The position numbers were made by a program, and so were the translations under genes. DNA of 61,595 nt, filler included, from Candidatus Omnitrophota bacterium (lineage in GTDB: Bacteria > Omnitrophota > Gorgyraeia > Zapsychrales > JBDRMG01): assembly GCA_043812495.1 (NCBI GenBank). It is 5 parts of 5 records of this genome, joined end to end, with 100 filler letters (N's around TTAATTAATTAA, not from the genome) between each part and the next. Parts side by side here need not be neighbours in the genome. Positions count along the whole stretch, not along the records: positions 1 to 16,661 come from JBDRMG010000050.1; positions 16,762 to 27,507 come from JBDRMG010000051.1; 3 more parts are not named here. One strand, given 5' to 3'. Positions 9,524 through 17,920 of this stretch are shown in pieces. The notes under the pieces are model-generated. The model was not told the origin of the DNA. It worked only from the letters and a program-made list of their open reading frames with translations, and did not search any database. The stretch's first letter is position 1, and each line of letters starts with the position of its first letter.

Positions 9524-10978
9524 CTACTTCTTCCACGTCGAGGGAACAAAGAGAATCAAAATAGAATACAGCTCCAGGCGTCCGGCGAGCATGAGAAAAA
9601 TAAGGATGTATTTGCCGGGGATGGAAATCCAGGCAAAGTTTGTATTCGGGCCAACCTTCCCGAGACCCGGCCCAACATTGCTTAGCGCTGAAATGGCTGC
9701 TGAGGTTGCGGTGACATGATCGCATGCTTCAGTAAGGGTCAATAATAACGAACCGATAAAAAAGAGCGATATATAAATAACAACAAAGGCCAAAATAACG
9801 ATAATCATCGTATCTTGGAGCGGCGTATTGTTAAATTTTATTGGTAAAACAGCATTGGGAGAAACCGCCTTGGCCATAGAGCGTTTGGCGATCTTGCACG
9901 ACAGAAGGACTCTAATCACCTTTAACCCTCCGCTTGTTGAGCCTCCGCAGCCGCCGATAAACATCATTAAAAAAAGAGAAAATTTTAACACCGAAGGCCA
10001 CATGTCGAAATCAGCGGTTGAAAAACCAGTTGCCGTTATGATGGATACAACCTGGAACGCGGATTCGCGCAAAGGATTTTGTGAAATATTATACCCCGCA
10101 AGGACCGATGTAAAAATCAGGATGGAAACAGCAACGAGCATAAAGAATAGCCGAAATTCTTCATCGAGAAAAAAGACCCTCGGGTTTCCTCTCAGGGCGC
10201 GGGAATGTAGCATAAAATTAATGCCCCCCAGAAACATAAAAATGATAATCACCCATTGAGCATAGGCATCGAAACCTCCCATGCTTGCATTGTTGGTGGA
10301 GAAGCCGCCCGTTGACACAGCTCCAAACGTTTGGCAAAGGGCATCGAATAGAGGCATTCCTCCAAATAAAAGAAGCGTTGCGCAGGCGATCGTAAAAAAA
10401 AGATAAATACCCCAAAGCGTCTTGGCCGTTTCTCGAATTTGAGGTTGAATGCGTTCTGCTTTAAGCCCTGAGGTTTCGGCTTTATAAAGTTGATAGGTAT
10501 TAATACCCAAGGCGGGTAAGAGGGCAACATACAAAACAATAATGCCCATGCCGCCGAGCCAATGCGTAAGGCTGCGCCAGAAAAGAATCCCTCGCGATAA
10601 GCCCTCGATATTGGTTATAATGCTTGCCCCTGTTGTCGTGAACCCGCTTGTCACCTCAAAAAACGCATCAGTAAACGATAAGGTGGAGCCGCTTAAAAAA
10701 AGCGGCAAAGCGCCAAAGGCTGCCATGCAAACCCAAGACAACCCGACAATCGCCAGCCCGTCTTTGGCATTCAAGCGGTTAAAAGCTTCTTTCTTAACGC
10801 CATAGAAAAAGCGAAACAAGCTCGAGGCCATAACGCCAAAAAGAATCGTCACGACGAAAGCGTTTGTCTCAACGCTGTACAAATTATCCGCGACGGCCCA
10901 GGCCAAGGGGATCATCATAAAAAGGCAGACCACCAAAAGAATGCGCGAAATAATATTAACTACGAGTCTTTTGTGCAT
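9524..10978 (-). CDS. trkH: Trk potassium uptake membrane protein
   Basis: SGFTTTGAS, WLGGMG, STGGFS, GGCGGSTSGGLK, SNVGPGLG, GRLE. Confidence 0.95.
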   Translation of the reverse strand: MHKRLVVNIISRILLVVCLFMMIPLAWAVADNLYSVETNAFVVTILFGVMASSLFRFFYGVKKEAFNRLNAKDGLAIVGLSWVCMAAFGALPLFLSGSTLSFTDAFFEVTSGFTTTGASIITNIEGLSRGILFWRSLTHWLGGMGIIVLYVALLPALGINTYQLYKAETSGLKAERIQPQIRETAKTLWGIYLFFTIACATLLLFGGMPLFDALCQTFGAVSTGGFSTNNASMGGFDAYAQWVIIIFMFLGGINFMLHSRALRGNPRVFFLDEEFRLFFMLVAVSILIFTSVLAGYNISQNPLRESAFQVVSIITATGFSTADFDMWPSVLKFSLFLMMFIGGCGGSTSGGLKVIRVLLSCKIAKRSMAKAVSPNAVLPIKFNNTPLQDTMIIVILAFVVIYISLFFIGSLLLTLTEACDHVTATSAAISALSNVGPGLGKVGPNTNFAWISIPGKYILIFLMLAGRLELYSILILFVPSTWKK

Positions 10979-11063
10979 GGAAATTTCTCTGAATAACTGT
11001 TGTGGGCCGCCCGTCAAAATTTAAAATTTTGACGGGGCGAGCCTCGTTAAAAATCGAAGATTT

Positions 11064-12410
11064 TTAACGGGTAAAAAGTTCCTGAAGTTTCTTCACCGCC
11101 GATTCTTGACAGAATACAATGACCTTTCCCCCTGCCATAATCTGCGTATCCCCTTTGGCGAGAATAACTTCTGATCCTCTATAAATAGCCCCGACAATGG
11201 AATTTTTTGGAAATGAAATCTCTTTGATGGGATGTTTGGTGACCATCGATCCCTCTTGGGGGATGAATTCAAGGGCCTCAGCATCGCAATCCATGAATTT
11301 TGTTACAGAGCTTACGCTGCCGCCGCGCACCAGGCGAAGGATTTGGTCAACCGCAAGAAAGCGCGGATTGATCACCACATCGACATTGAGCGCATCCACG
11401 ATGGACATATAGTCCGGCAGCTGCGTGGTGATCATGGTTGTTTTAGCGCCCATTTTTTTGGCCAGAACCGCACTCACGAGATTCGAATGATCGTGGTCCG
11501 AGGCCGCGATAAAGACATCGGCCGCTTCAATGCCGGATTCATTCAAAATATCCGTCTCGCAGGCTGATCCGTTAATGACGCGCGCTGATTTTAATCGTCC
11601 CGCGATTTTTTCGGCCTTTTCGGTATTTTCCTCAAGAAGAATAATATCTTTGATGTCTTGGGCCAAAGCCGTGGCGACATACTCGCCGATATTGGTAGCG
11701 CCGTAAATCACAATTTTTTTGGGTTTGCGGATATCGGGATTCACAAAGGTTAGAAATTCCCCCAAAGACTGCGTCGGAAGAAGAACATATATCCTGTCTT
11801 CTTCTTCGATAAACGTTTCACCTTTGGGGATGATAACGGTGCCTTTGCGTAAAATAGCCGTGATCAGAAAAGGCCAGGGGAAGTTTTCGTCGCGCAGTTC
11901 TTCAACCTTGAGTCCGCTTAAGGGCGAGCCTTTTCGAATATCAAAGGTCCGCAAGAGAATTTTTCCGTTGGCAAAATCAGCGACTTCGCGCGCGCCCGGT
12001 GCTTTGATGGCCTGGACGATGGCATGCGAAGCCACATATTCGGGATAGATAATCTCGTCGATATAAAAACGCTTGTAGCCGAGTTCTTCAAAGACTTTGT
12101 TTAAAGAAACACTGCGCACGCGCGCGATGCGTTTTTTGGCGCCATAGGCCGCGGCCAGGGCGCAGACCACAAGATTGGTCTCATCGGAGGTGGTCACGGC
12201 AATCACCAAATCAGATTGCGCCACGCCGACACTTTTGAGGGCGTCCGGATCCGCGCCGTTTCCGGCAATGACCTTAGCGTCCAGCTTTTCGCCGAGCTTA
12301 CGCACAATATCTTCGTTTTTCTCTAAAAGATAAACTTCATGATTCTCTTTGGAGAAATATTTGGCGAGATTATGCCCGATCGTTCCTGCCCCGACAATAA
12401 TGATTTTCAT
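11064..12410 (-). CDS. trkA: Trk system NAD-binding regulatory subunit
   Basis: MKIIIVGAGTIG, tandem RCK domains, adjacent to trkH. Confidence 0.93.
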   Translation of the reverse strand: MKIIIVGAGTIGHNLAKYFSKENHEVYLLEKNEDIVRKLGEKLDAKVIAGNGADPDALKSVGVAQSDLVIAVTTSDETNLVVCALAAAYGAKKRIARVRSVSLNKVFEELGYKRFYIDEIIYPEYVASHAIVQAIKAPGAREVADFANGKILLRTFDIRKGSPLSGLKVEELRDENFPWPFLITAILRKGTVIIPKGETFIEEEDRIYVLLPTQSLGEFLTFVNPDIRKPKKIVIYGATNIGEYVATALAQDIKDIILLEENTEKAEKIAGRLKSARVINGSACETDILNESGIEAADVFIAASDHDHSNLVSAVLAKKMGAKTTMITTQLPDYMSIVDALNVDVVINPRFLAVDQILRLVRGGSVSSVTKFMDCDAEALEFIPQEGSMVTKHPIKEISFPKNSIVGAIYRGSEVILAKGDTQIMAGGKVIVFCQESAVKKLQELFTR

Positions 12411-12413
12411 TGT

Positions 12414-12809
12414 TTAAGCTGCTTTTGTCTTAGCGGACGGCTTGGCGGATTTTGCGGGAATCGACTCTTTGGCCATCTTGATCAGCTTTTTGAAAGCGCC
12501 CGGAGAATGGACCGCAAGCTCGGCTAACATTTTGCGATTGATCGTAACCTTCGCTTCGCTGAGCCCTTTGATAAAACGGCTGTACGACAGCTCCTCCTCC
12601 CGGCAAGCCGCGTTGATGCGGGCGACCCAAAGCCGTTTGATCAACCGGCTTTTGACTTGTCGATCCCGGGTGGCGTACCTCAGCCCCCTCTTGACGGAAC
12701 GGACGGCTTCTCGGTATCGTTTGCTGCGATCGCCGAATTGTCCTTTGGCGATTTTGAGAAGTCTCTTTTTTCTCTTGTGTGAAGCGACAGAATGTCTGGC
12801 TCTAACCAT
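12414..12809 (-). CDS. rplT: 50S ribosomal protein L20
   Basis: [20 protein letters not shown]. Confidence 0.97.
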   Translation of the reverse strand: MVRARHSVASHKRKKRLLKIAKGQFGDRSKRYREAVRSVKRGLRYATRDRQVKSRLIKRLWVARINAACREEELSYSRFIKGLSEAKVTINRKMLAELAVHSPGAFKKLIKMAKESIPAKSAKPSAKTKAA

Positions 12810-12999
12810 ACGGTAACAACCTCCTCATACGCTTGGCGTCTCCACCCGAGAGATACGTGCCTTTGCGTAATTTTCGTTTGCGCTTGCGGGATTTTTTTCC
12901 TAAGACATGGCCGCGTCCTGCGCTTCTCTTTTTGAACTTTCCGCTTTTGGTGCGCTTAAAACGCTTGGCCGCCGATCGATTGGTCTTTAACTTTGGCAT
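12802..12999 (-). CDS. rpmI: 50S ribosomal protein L35
   Basis: [21 protein letters not shown]. Confidence 0.97.
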   Translation of the reverse strand: MPKLKTNRSAAKRFKRTKSGKFKKRSAGRGHVLGKKSRKRKRKLRKGTYLSGGDAKRMRRLLPYG

Positions 13000-13037
13000 A
13001 AGGAACCTTCCTTGATTGCTTGACTATGCGTTCTTGA

Positions 13038-13553
13038 TTATTTTGCTGCTTTTGGCGCGATCACAACCGACATGACGCGTCCCATCATCGACGGAGAGCT
13101 CTCAATATTTCCGTGGTCTTTCATGTCTTCGACAAACCGGTTGATTATTCTTTGCCCCTGGTCCTTAAAGGCCATCTCGCGGCCGCGGAAAAACAGGTTC
13201 ACCTTGACTTTGTCTTTTTTCTCTAAAAAAGCGATGGCCTGTTTGAGCTTAATCTGATAATCGTGGTCTTCGATGTGGGGCTTGACGCGAATTTGCTTCA
13301 AGTGCGTTTGTTTCTGTGTCTTTTTGACGCGCTTTTCCTTTTTTTCCTGGTCGTATTTATATTTACTATAATCAATGATCCGGCATACAGGCGGTTTGGC
13401 CATCGGAGCCACTTCGACCAAGTCGAGAGTGCTCTCGGCCGCTAACTCAAGCGCCCGACGGATAGGCACAACGCCCAATTGTTCTGAATTCGGGCCAATG
13501 ACCCGCACTTCCGGACTTCTGATTCTGTCATTCACGCGAACAAATTTTTGAAT
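13038..13553 (-). CDS. infC: Translation initiation factor IF-3 (ATT start)
   Basis: NDRIRSPEVRVI, LDLVEVAP..KPPVCRI; GGAGGT SD precedes an in-frame ATT at 13553. Confidence 0.95.
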   Translation of the reverse strand: MQKFVRVNDRIRSPEVRVIGPNSEQLGVVPIRRALELAAESTLDLVEVAPMAKPPVCRIIDYSKYKYDQEKKEKRVKKTQKQTHLKQIRVKPHIEDHDYQIKLKQAIAFLEKKDKVKVNLFFRGREMAFKDQGQRIINRFVEDMKDHGNIESSPSMMGRVMSVVIAPKAAK

Positions 13554-13580
13554 AGCACACCTCCTCAGATAAAGGTTAAC

Positions 13581-15311
13581 CTAAATTTTATCCTGAATTT
13601 CTTTTTCGATGCGCTCGATCCATTGATCTACACTCATCGCGCCCAGATCCCCCTCTTGTCTTTTGCGAACAGCCACCTGGTCGGCTTTGATTTCTTTGTC
13701 GCCGACCACCAAAAGATAAGGAATCTTTTTTAAGGTTCCTTCGCGGATACGCTTGCCGAGCGTTTCGTTTCTTGGGTCAATTATAACCCGAATTCCGCGC
13801 GTCTGCAATTTTCCTTTTAGGGATTTTGTGAAGTCCTCGTGTTCGGGCTTAATCGGAATAATCAGGGCCTGCACGGGCGCCAGCCACGCAGGAAAAGCGC
13901 CCGCGTAATGTTCGATCAGGGTTCCCATAAAGCGTTCGATGCTCCCGAGCATGGCCCGATGAATCATGATGGGCCTGGCCTTCTCTCCGTTTTCATTCAC
14001 ATAATGCATGTCAAAGCGCTCGGGGATGGCAAAATCGCATTGGATGGTGGCGCATTGCCAAAGGCGTCCGATGGCGTCTTTAAGCTTGATATCGATCTTG
14101 GGGCCGTAAAAGGCTCCTTCGCCTTCGCAGATTTTGTAACTGAGCTTTTTCTCATTCAGTGATTCTTTCAGCGCTTGTGTCGCCATGTCCCAGTCTTCGA
14201 TTTTGCCGATATATTTTTCGGGACGGGTGCTGATTTCAATTTCGATTTCCTTAAAATTAAAATCCTTCATCACATCAAAAAGAAAATCAACGGCCGCCAT
14301 AACCTCCGGTTTGATTTGATCCGGCCGGCAAAAGATATGCCCGTCATCCTGCGTAAAGCCCCGCACGCGTAAAAGTCCGTGCAAAACACCGGTCTTTTCA
14401 TGGCGATAGACTGTGCCCAGCTCAAAATAACGCACGGGCATGTCGCGGTAGGAGCGGATTTTTGATTTATAAATCAGGATGTGCCCCGGGCAGTTCATGG
14501 GCTTGACCGCGTATTCCTCGCCGTCAACATCAAGATAATACATCAGCTCACGGTAGTAGCCGGCATGGCCCGATGTTTCCCAGAGGCGTCCTTTAAGAAG
14601 ATGCGGCGTAATGACCATTTCGTAACCGCGTTTTAAATTTTGATCTTTGAGATAATCTTCGATAATTTTCCTGACCATCGCCCCGTTGGGATAGAAAAAA
14701 GCCAAGCCGGCCCCTGCCTCATCATGAAAAATATTGAAAAGCTCGAGTTCCGGCCCCAATTTGCGGTGATCTCTTTTTTTGGCTTCCTCAAGAAGATGAA
14801 GATGCTCCTTGAGCTCATTTTCGCTAGAAAAACATGTTCCATAGATGCGTTGAAGTTTTGCTTTTTTCTCATCACCGTGCCAATAGGCGCCGGCGACCGA
14901 AAGCAATTTAAAGGCCTTGATTTGTCCGGCATCGGACACGTGAGGACCTTTACACAAATCAAACCATTCATCTTCCGTAGAAAAAATGGAGACTTTTTCG
15001 TCCGGGAGGTCTTGAATCAATTCGACTTTATACGTTTCGCCTTTGTCTTGAAAAATTTTGATGGCCTCTTGTCGGGGGATAAATTTTTGAACCAGTTTCG
15101 GCTTTTTCTTGATGATTTCTTTCATGACCTTTTCAATCTTCGCAAGGTCTTCCGGCGCAAATGGTTGCGTGCGTTCGAAATCATAGTAGAATCCGTTTTC
15201 GATCGCCGGGCCGATGGCTACCTTGACGTCAGGCCATAATTGTTTCACGGCCTGGGCCATCACATGAGAACAGGAGTGCCTTAATGTTTCTAACTGTGTT
15301 TTATCATTCAT
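13581..15311 (-). CDS. thrS: Threonyl-tRNA synthetase (no N-terminal TGS domain)
   Basis: LRHSCSHVMAQA, DLCKGPH, RDHRKLG, KPMNCPGH, GAFYGPKID. Confidence 0.97.
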   Translation of the reverse strand: MNDKTQLETLRHSCSHVMAQAVKQLWPDVKVAIGPAIENGFYYDFERTQPFAPEDLAKIEKVMKEIIKKKPKLVQKFIPRQEAIKIFQDKGETYKVELIQDLPDEKVSIFSTEDEWFDLCKGPHVSDAGQIKAFKLLSVAGAYWHGDEKKAKLQRIYGTCFSSENELKEHLHLLEEAKKRDHRKLGPELELFNIFHDEAGAGLAFFYPNGAMVRKIIEDYLKDQNLKRGYEMVITPHLLKGRLWETSGHAGYYRELMYYLDVDGEEYAVKPMNCPGHILIYKSKIRSYRDMPVRYFELGTVYRHEKTGVLHGLLRVRGFTQDDGHIFCRPDQIKPEVMAAVDFLFDVMKDFNFKEIEIEISTRPEKYIGKIEDWDMATQALKESLNEKKLSYKICEGEGAFYGPKIDIKLKDAIGRLWQCATIQCDFAIPERFDMHYVNENGEKARPIMIHRAMLGSIERFMGTLIEHYAGAFPAWLAPVQALIIPIKPEHEDFTKSLKGKLQTRGIRVIIDPRNETLGKRIREGTLKKIPYLLVVGDKEIKADQVAVRKRQEGDLGAMSVDQWIERIEKEIQDKI

Positions 15312-15439
15312 AGAAAATTCTGGTGTTCTACTTCACCTCGCTTCTTGCATTCTGCAAGAATGCAGCGGGGCTTCGTAGAACATTCTGCCTGGCTTGTTTC
15401 TTCGAAGTCCGCCACTGATTCAATGGCTGACGGAGAAGA

Positions 15440-15504
15440 ATGGACCCGACCCCGCCGTCTGCCTGTCGGCAGACAGGCGGCGGGGTGGCCTCTTCCATGT
15501 CAAG
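15440..15504 (-). pseudogene. tRNA-Val 3' half with T-arm replaced by a palindromic insert
   Basis: Matches tRNA-Val (TGGACCCGAC...GTGGCCTCTTCCATGTCAAG on + strand) except that AAGACTCGAACTT is replaced by CCCGCCGTCTGCCTGTCGGCAGACAGGCGGCGGG. Confidence 0.8.
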
Positions 15505-15591
15505 CTCGTCACGCGTAAACGCGTGCCGAAGTCTCGTCCCGATAAATCGGGACAAAACAATTCTGAATACTATAAGGGTATTCTATATTTC

Positions 15592-15637
15592 TGGTGGACT
15601 CAGGGGGGCTCGAACCTCCGACCTCTTCCATGTCAAG
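15592..15637 (-). pseudogene. 3' half of a second tRNA-Val(GAC) with encoded CCA
   Basis: CTTGACATGGAAGAGGTCGGAGGTTCGAGCCCCCCTGAGTCCACCA; acceptor strand pairs with the 5' half at 15852-15876. Confidence 0.8.
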
Positions 15638-15734
15638 CCCCGATTTTGCTTTTATTGACACTATGGAAATCGGGGTGCCGGCTTCCACAATTTAAAAATA
15701 GAAGAGCCGGCAAAGCGCTTTGAGTCAATTACAA

Positions 15735-15808
15735 TGGACCCGACAAGACTCGAACTTGTGGCCTCTTCCATGTCAAGGAAGCGCTCTAACCAACTGAGCT
15801 ACGGGTCC
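15735..15808 (-). tRNA. tRNA-Val(GAC)
   Basis: Full cloverleaf GGACCCG...CTTCC-TTGACAT-GGAAG...CGGGTCCA; CCA not encoded. Confidence 0.95.
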
Positions 15809-15851
15809 AAAATTCTTTCCTTATATCAACTTATTTTATCGAAGAGCAACT

Positions 15852-15876
15852 CTCTAACCAACTGAGCTATGAGTCC
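15852..15876 (-). pseudogene. 5' half of second tRNA-Val
   Basis: GGACTCATAGCTCAGTTGGTTAGAG. Confidence 0.75.
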
Positions 15877-15915
15877 ACAAATCTAATTTCTATAGTCCCG
15901 ATTTATCGGGACGGA

Positions 15916-16089
15916 GAAGCGCTCTAATCCCGACACTCCTAATACCCCAATTAAAAGCCAAAGATGGAGGTCGGGACTCCGACTGAGTAAAACGAATGTC
16001 GGAGCCAACTGAGCCCGTCATTGCGCCTTTAGGCGCAATGACGAGGCCTCGGCATCCCGCCAATTGGCGGGATGCCGGGCTACGGGTCC
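15916..16089 (-). pseudogene. tRNA-Val 5' half fragmented by four inserted hairpins
   Basis: GGACCCGTAGC-[2 hairpins]-GCTCAGTTGG-[2 hairpins]-TTAGAGCGCTTC, in tRNA order. Confidence 0.75.
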
Positions 16090-16149
16090 ACATTCAACCT
16101 ATTCTATATATATATCACAATCCCTCGCAACACAAGCTTATCATACGAT

Positions 16150-16220
16150 TGCTCGGGACAACATCCCGCCTTCTTGAATATTTATTAAATTTGGCGGGAT
16201 GGTGGGCAAGGAGGGAGTCG
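16150..16220. repeat. 71-bp direct repeat, copy 1 (hairpin plus tRNA-Leu 3' end)
   Basis: Identical to 16591-16661. Confidence 0.95.
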
Positions 16221-16241
16221 CAAGCTCAATGATGCTTTTCA

Positions 16242-16547
16242 TCATTGAGCGAAGTCCCGAGTCTCCCTCTTTTCTTGATTGCGAGACGAGGGAAACCTCT
16301 TGCCAGTTCCATAAAGAGCTAAATTTTCCTTATTCTTCCTGCTATATCTTTTTATTTCTTTTTCTCTCAACTCAGCGCTTTTCTTGCTCGACAACTCTTC
16401 ATAATAAATCAATTCAACAGGTCGTCTATGCTTTGTGTATTTGGCTCCTCTTCCTTCATTGTGCTGCTGAACCCTTGAATGAATATCTTCTGATGACCCT
16501 ACGTAAAAAGATCTATCCGAGCAGAGTAAAATGTAAATATACCACAT
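16242..16547 (-). CDS. Small GIY-YIG nuclease (UPF0213-like)
   Basis: WYIYILLCSDRSFYVGSS...R...HNEGRGAKYT...A..REKEIK. Confidence 0.9.
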   Translation of the reverse strand: MWYIYILLCSDRSFYVGSSEDIHSRVQQHNEGRGAKYTKHRRPVELIYYEELSSKKSAELREKEIKRYSRKNKENLALYGTGKRFPSSRNQEKRETRDFAQ

Positions 16548-16590
16548 ATTTCATAAAGTCAATCCCTCGCAGCTATTCCTTTGTTATGGC

Positions 16591-16661
16591 TGCTCGGGAC
16601 AACATCCCGCCTTCTTGAATATTTATTAAATTTGGCGGGATGGTGGGCAAGGAGGGAGTCG
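16591..16661. repeat. 71-bp direct repeat, copy 2; its last 49 bp equal the start of the contig at 32516
   Basis: Exact match to 16150-16220; 16613-16661 = 32516-32564. Confidence 0.95.
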
Positions 16662-16761
16662 NNNNNNNNNNNNNNNNNNNNNNNNNNNNNNNNNNNNNNN
16701 NNNNNTTAATTAATTAANNNNNNNNNNNNNNNNNNNNNNNNNNNNNNNNNNNNNNNNNNNN
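16662..16761. other. Artificial contig linker
   Basis: N-run containing the TTAATTAATTAA all-frame stop. Confidence 0.98.
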
Positions 16762-16762
16762 T

Positions 16763-16901
16763 AAATCAAGGGGAAATGAAGAAAATTTGACGCAACGCAT
16801 TGAAATGACGTAAGTTATGATTCCGCAAATTTTACGTAAAGACAGTTTTTCAAAATAAACGTAAAAAAATTATTTTAAAATATTTTTTAACAAAGTACTG
16901 T
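16763..16901. repeat. 139-bp repeat, reverse complement of 61457-61595 (probable end of a multicopy element)
   Basis: Exact reverse-complement match at two sequence ends. Confidence 0.85.
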
Positions 16902-17103
16902 AAAATAGACATTAAGGAAGTCGGGACGAGGCGCAAATTTCGCTCATAAAAAAATAGAGAATCTACGCCTGCCCCGACGTTTTCTAAAATAGACATTAAG
17001 GAAGTCGGGACGAGGCGCAAATTTCGCTCATAAAAAAATAGAGAATCTACGCCTGCCCCGACGTTTTCTAAAATAGACATTAAGGAAGTCGGGACAAGGC
17101 GCA
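16901..17103. repeat. 84-bp tandem repeat (~2.4 copies) containing a hairpin
   Basis: Units start at 16901, 16985 and 17069; CCCGAC...GTCGGG stem. Confidence 0.9.
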
Positions 17104-17286
17104 TTTTTCTCTCAATATAGAAATAATGGATAAATGCGCCTGTGGCTTCCCGACGCTCCGACTTCCATAATTGATTATAAGAGAAAGTCGGATGTCGGGA
17201 CTCCGACTTCCGACTCCCAAAAAAATCACAAAAAGTCGGAACGTCGGAGCAATTGGATGTTTAAGAATATGTTAATAAATAAATTT

Positions 17287-17360
17287 GCGCCTGTAGCTCA
17301 ATCGGATAGAGCATTTGCCTACGGAGCAAAGGGTTGGAGGTTCGAATCCCCCCAGGCGCA
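17287..17360 (+). tRNA. tRNA-Arg(ACG)
   Basis: GCGCCTG...TTTGC-CTACGGA-GCAAA...GGTTCGAATCC..CAGGCGCA. Confidence 0.95.
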
Positions 17361-17439
17361 TTGGATAAGTTGTCAGGTTTCCGGCAATCCCGCCTTTGGC
17401 GGGATTGCCGAGACCTCGTCCCGCCAATGGCGGGACGGG

Positions 17440-17894
17440 CGAATCCTGGCAGGCGCATTAATATAGGAAGTTTCCGTCTCGTCTCGCTATCATTTTGAGG
17501 GATAGCGAGACAGACGAGACCTCGCCCATCAAAATTGTGAAACAATTTTGATGAGGCGGGCGAATCTTCCCAGGCGCACCAGTCTTCGTTCCCAAACTTT
17601 CGTTTGGGAACTACGCCTGGTTTTAAAAATAGTTACGTTTGGGTATTCAAAAACCCGGCGAAGCCACACACGATAAAGTATGTGGCGAAGACGGACTTCC
17701 CAGGCGCATTCTACTTTGCCCAAATGTTCTTCTTCGCATGAAGCTTCGAAGAATTCTGCGAAGCAAAATATGGAAAATATTTTGCGGAGCAAAACTTACG
17801 CGTTGGGCTACGTAGAATTGCGAATATACCTTAGTCCGTCAGGGCTACGAAGCCCGCCACTGCATCAATGGCGGGCGAAGTGGGCCCAGGCGCA
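17440..17894 (+). repeat. Four echoes of the tRNA-Arg 3' end separated by different hairpins
   Basis: CAGGCGCA-ending segments at 17440-17457, 17561-17581, 17697-17708, 17885-17894. Confidence 0.8.
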
Positions 17895-17920
17895 CTCTAT
17901 TTAGATGAAAATAGTGAACA

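Noticed and set aside
13535..13553. ATT start of infC
   Set aside because: Well-known IF3 autoregulation, not novel.
16662..16761. TTAATTAATTAA inside N-runs (four places)
   Set aside because: Artificial all-frame-stop linkers; adjacency across them is not biological.
16850..17104. 84-bp repeat as a CRISPR array or as an 84-aa repeat protein
   Set aside because: Units are identical with no unique spacers, and there are no cas genes; the ORF is just a translation of the repeat.
17846..17883. Classical GTAG REP/RAYT system
   Set aside because: CTAC is at the 5' end and GTAG at the 3' end, the opposite of REPINs, and no RAYT/HUH transposase is in the window.
15328..17904. Short ORFs over the tRNA-Val and tRNA-Arg regions
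   Set aside because: They overlap tRNAs and hairpins and have no recognisable protein motifs.
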